Below, piece after piece: positions 63,491 through 64,000 of a stretch of DNA of 64,000 nt (positions are counted from its first letter, which is position 1; every line of letters begins with the position of its first letter). The notes below the pieces were generated by a model that worked only from the letters and a program-made list of their open reading frames with translations, searched no databases and was not told where the DNA came from. The position numbers were made by a program, and so were the translations under genes. This DNA comes from Camelus dromedarius. Its lineage: Eukaryota. Location: assembly GCF_036321535.1 (NCBI RefSeq), contig NC_087437.1, positions 13,766,001 to 13,830,000 on the forward strand, given 5' to 3'.

Positions 63491-63841
63491 AGATGCACAT
63501 CTAGTGCTAGAAATGAAAGAGGTCCGGAAGGAAGCAAGGTAACAATTATCATTTCACACGGAAAAACCTGGAAGTGTGAATATTTACCAACAGCACAGTC
63601 CTATTTAAATGAGTTCATGGGGAAAAAGAAACCTTTTGAGTTCTGGGTACATATCCCACTATTTAAGACCTGCAGATCATGTATCTCTTTTCCCTCAGTT
63701 TTAGAATTTTCATTCAGCTCAAAACACATTTGAATCTTTCATTCAGGTGACTTTTCACCAAATGAGACTTAAAATATGGCTGCAGCATCTTTAGCAAACA
63801 TCTAATTAATAAAAGATTTATGACTTTTCTTTTGCCCTCAG

Positions 63842-63940
63842 TTGCTATACATGCCTTTCAAGAACTGCCCTCGTTTTCAAGAACTTGAGAGTGAGACTTT
63901 GAAATCGGAGGAATTCCTGAAGAGGCTGCATCCTTATAAG
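63842..63940 (+). CDS. ACP3: ACP3 coding exon 5 (gene continues beyond window)
   Basis: ccctcag acceptor; LLYMPFKNCPRFQELESETLKSEEFLKRLHPYK including C129. 99 nt; weak GTTAAA donor. Confidence 0.95.
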
Positions 63941-64000
63941 GTTAAAAAAAAAAAAGTATCATTTAGTGGTGTTCGGAAGTGCAAGGGCCAAGACAAAGCG

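Noticed and set aside
63215..63733. 172-aa intronic ORF
   Set aside because: Non-ATG start; spans the LTR and a (TG)n microsatellite (CVCV repeats).

Overview
Mammalian (camelid-type) genomic DNA. Six tRNA-Ala-headed vic-1-type SINEs are present and no ruminant Bov-A/BovB or pig PRE SINEs were recognised. The one gene is the 5' half of ACP3 (ACPP, prostatic acid phosphatase) on the + strand: coding exons 1-5 at 43914-44033, 55128-55223, 57963-58049, 58514-58666 and 63842-63940. They give 185 codons with no stops, all GT-AG phase-0 junctions and an intact RHGDRSP motif; the gene continues past the window end. The upstream ~43 kb and the introns are a mosaic of L1, L2, MIR, MaLR/ERV solo LTRs and hAT/Tigger MITEs, many with readable target-site duplications (TSDs) and several nested. 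Repeat family names come from recall of consensus sequences, not a database search. I found no convincing novel multi-gene system. The most notable observations are a 51-bp templated inverted copy of MLT1 sequence, a ~95-bp twin-primed L1, a strongly AT-to-GC shifted L1 fragment, two unexplained intronic direct duplications, a competing splice acceptor over the catalytic RHG codons, and an unexplained coding-like relic near 35.2-35.9 kb.
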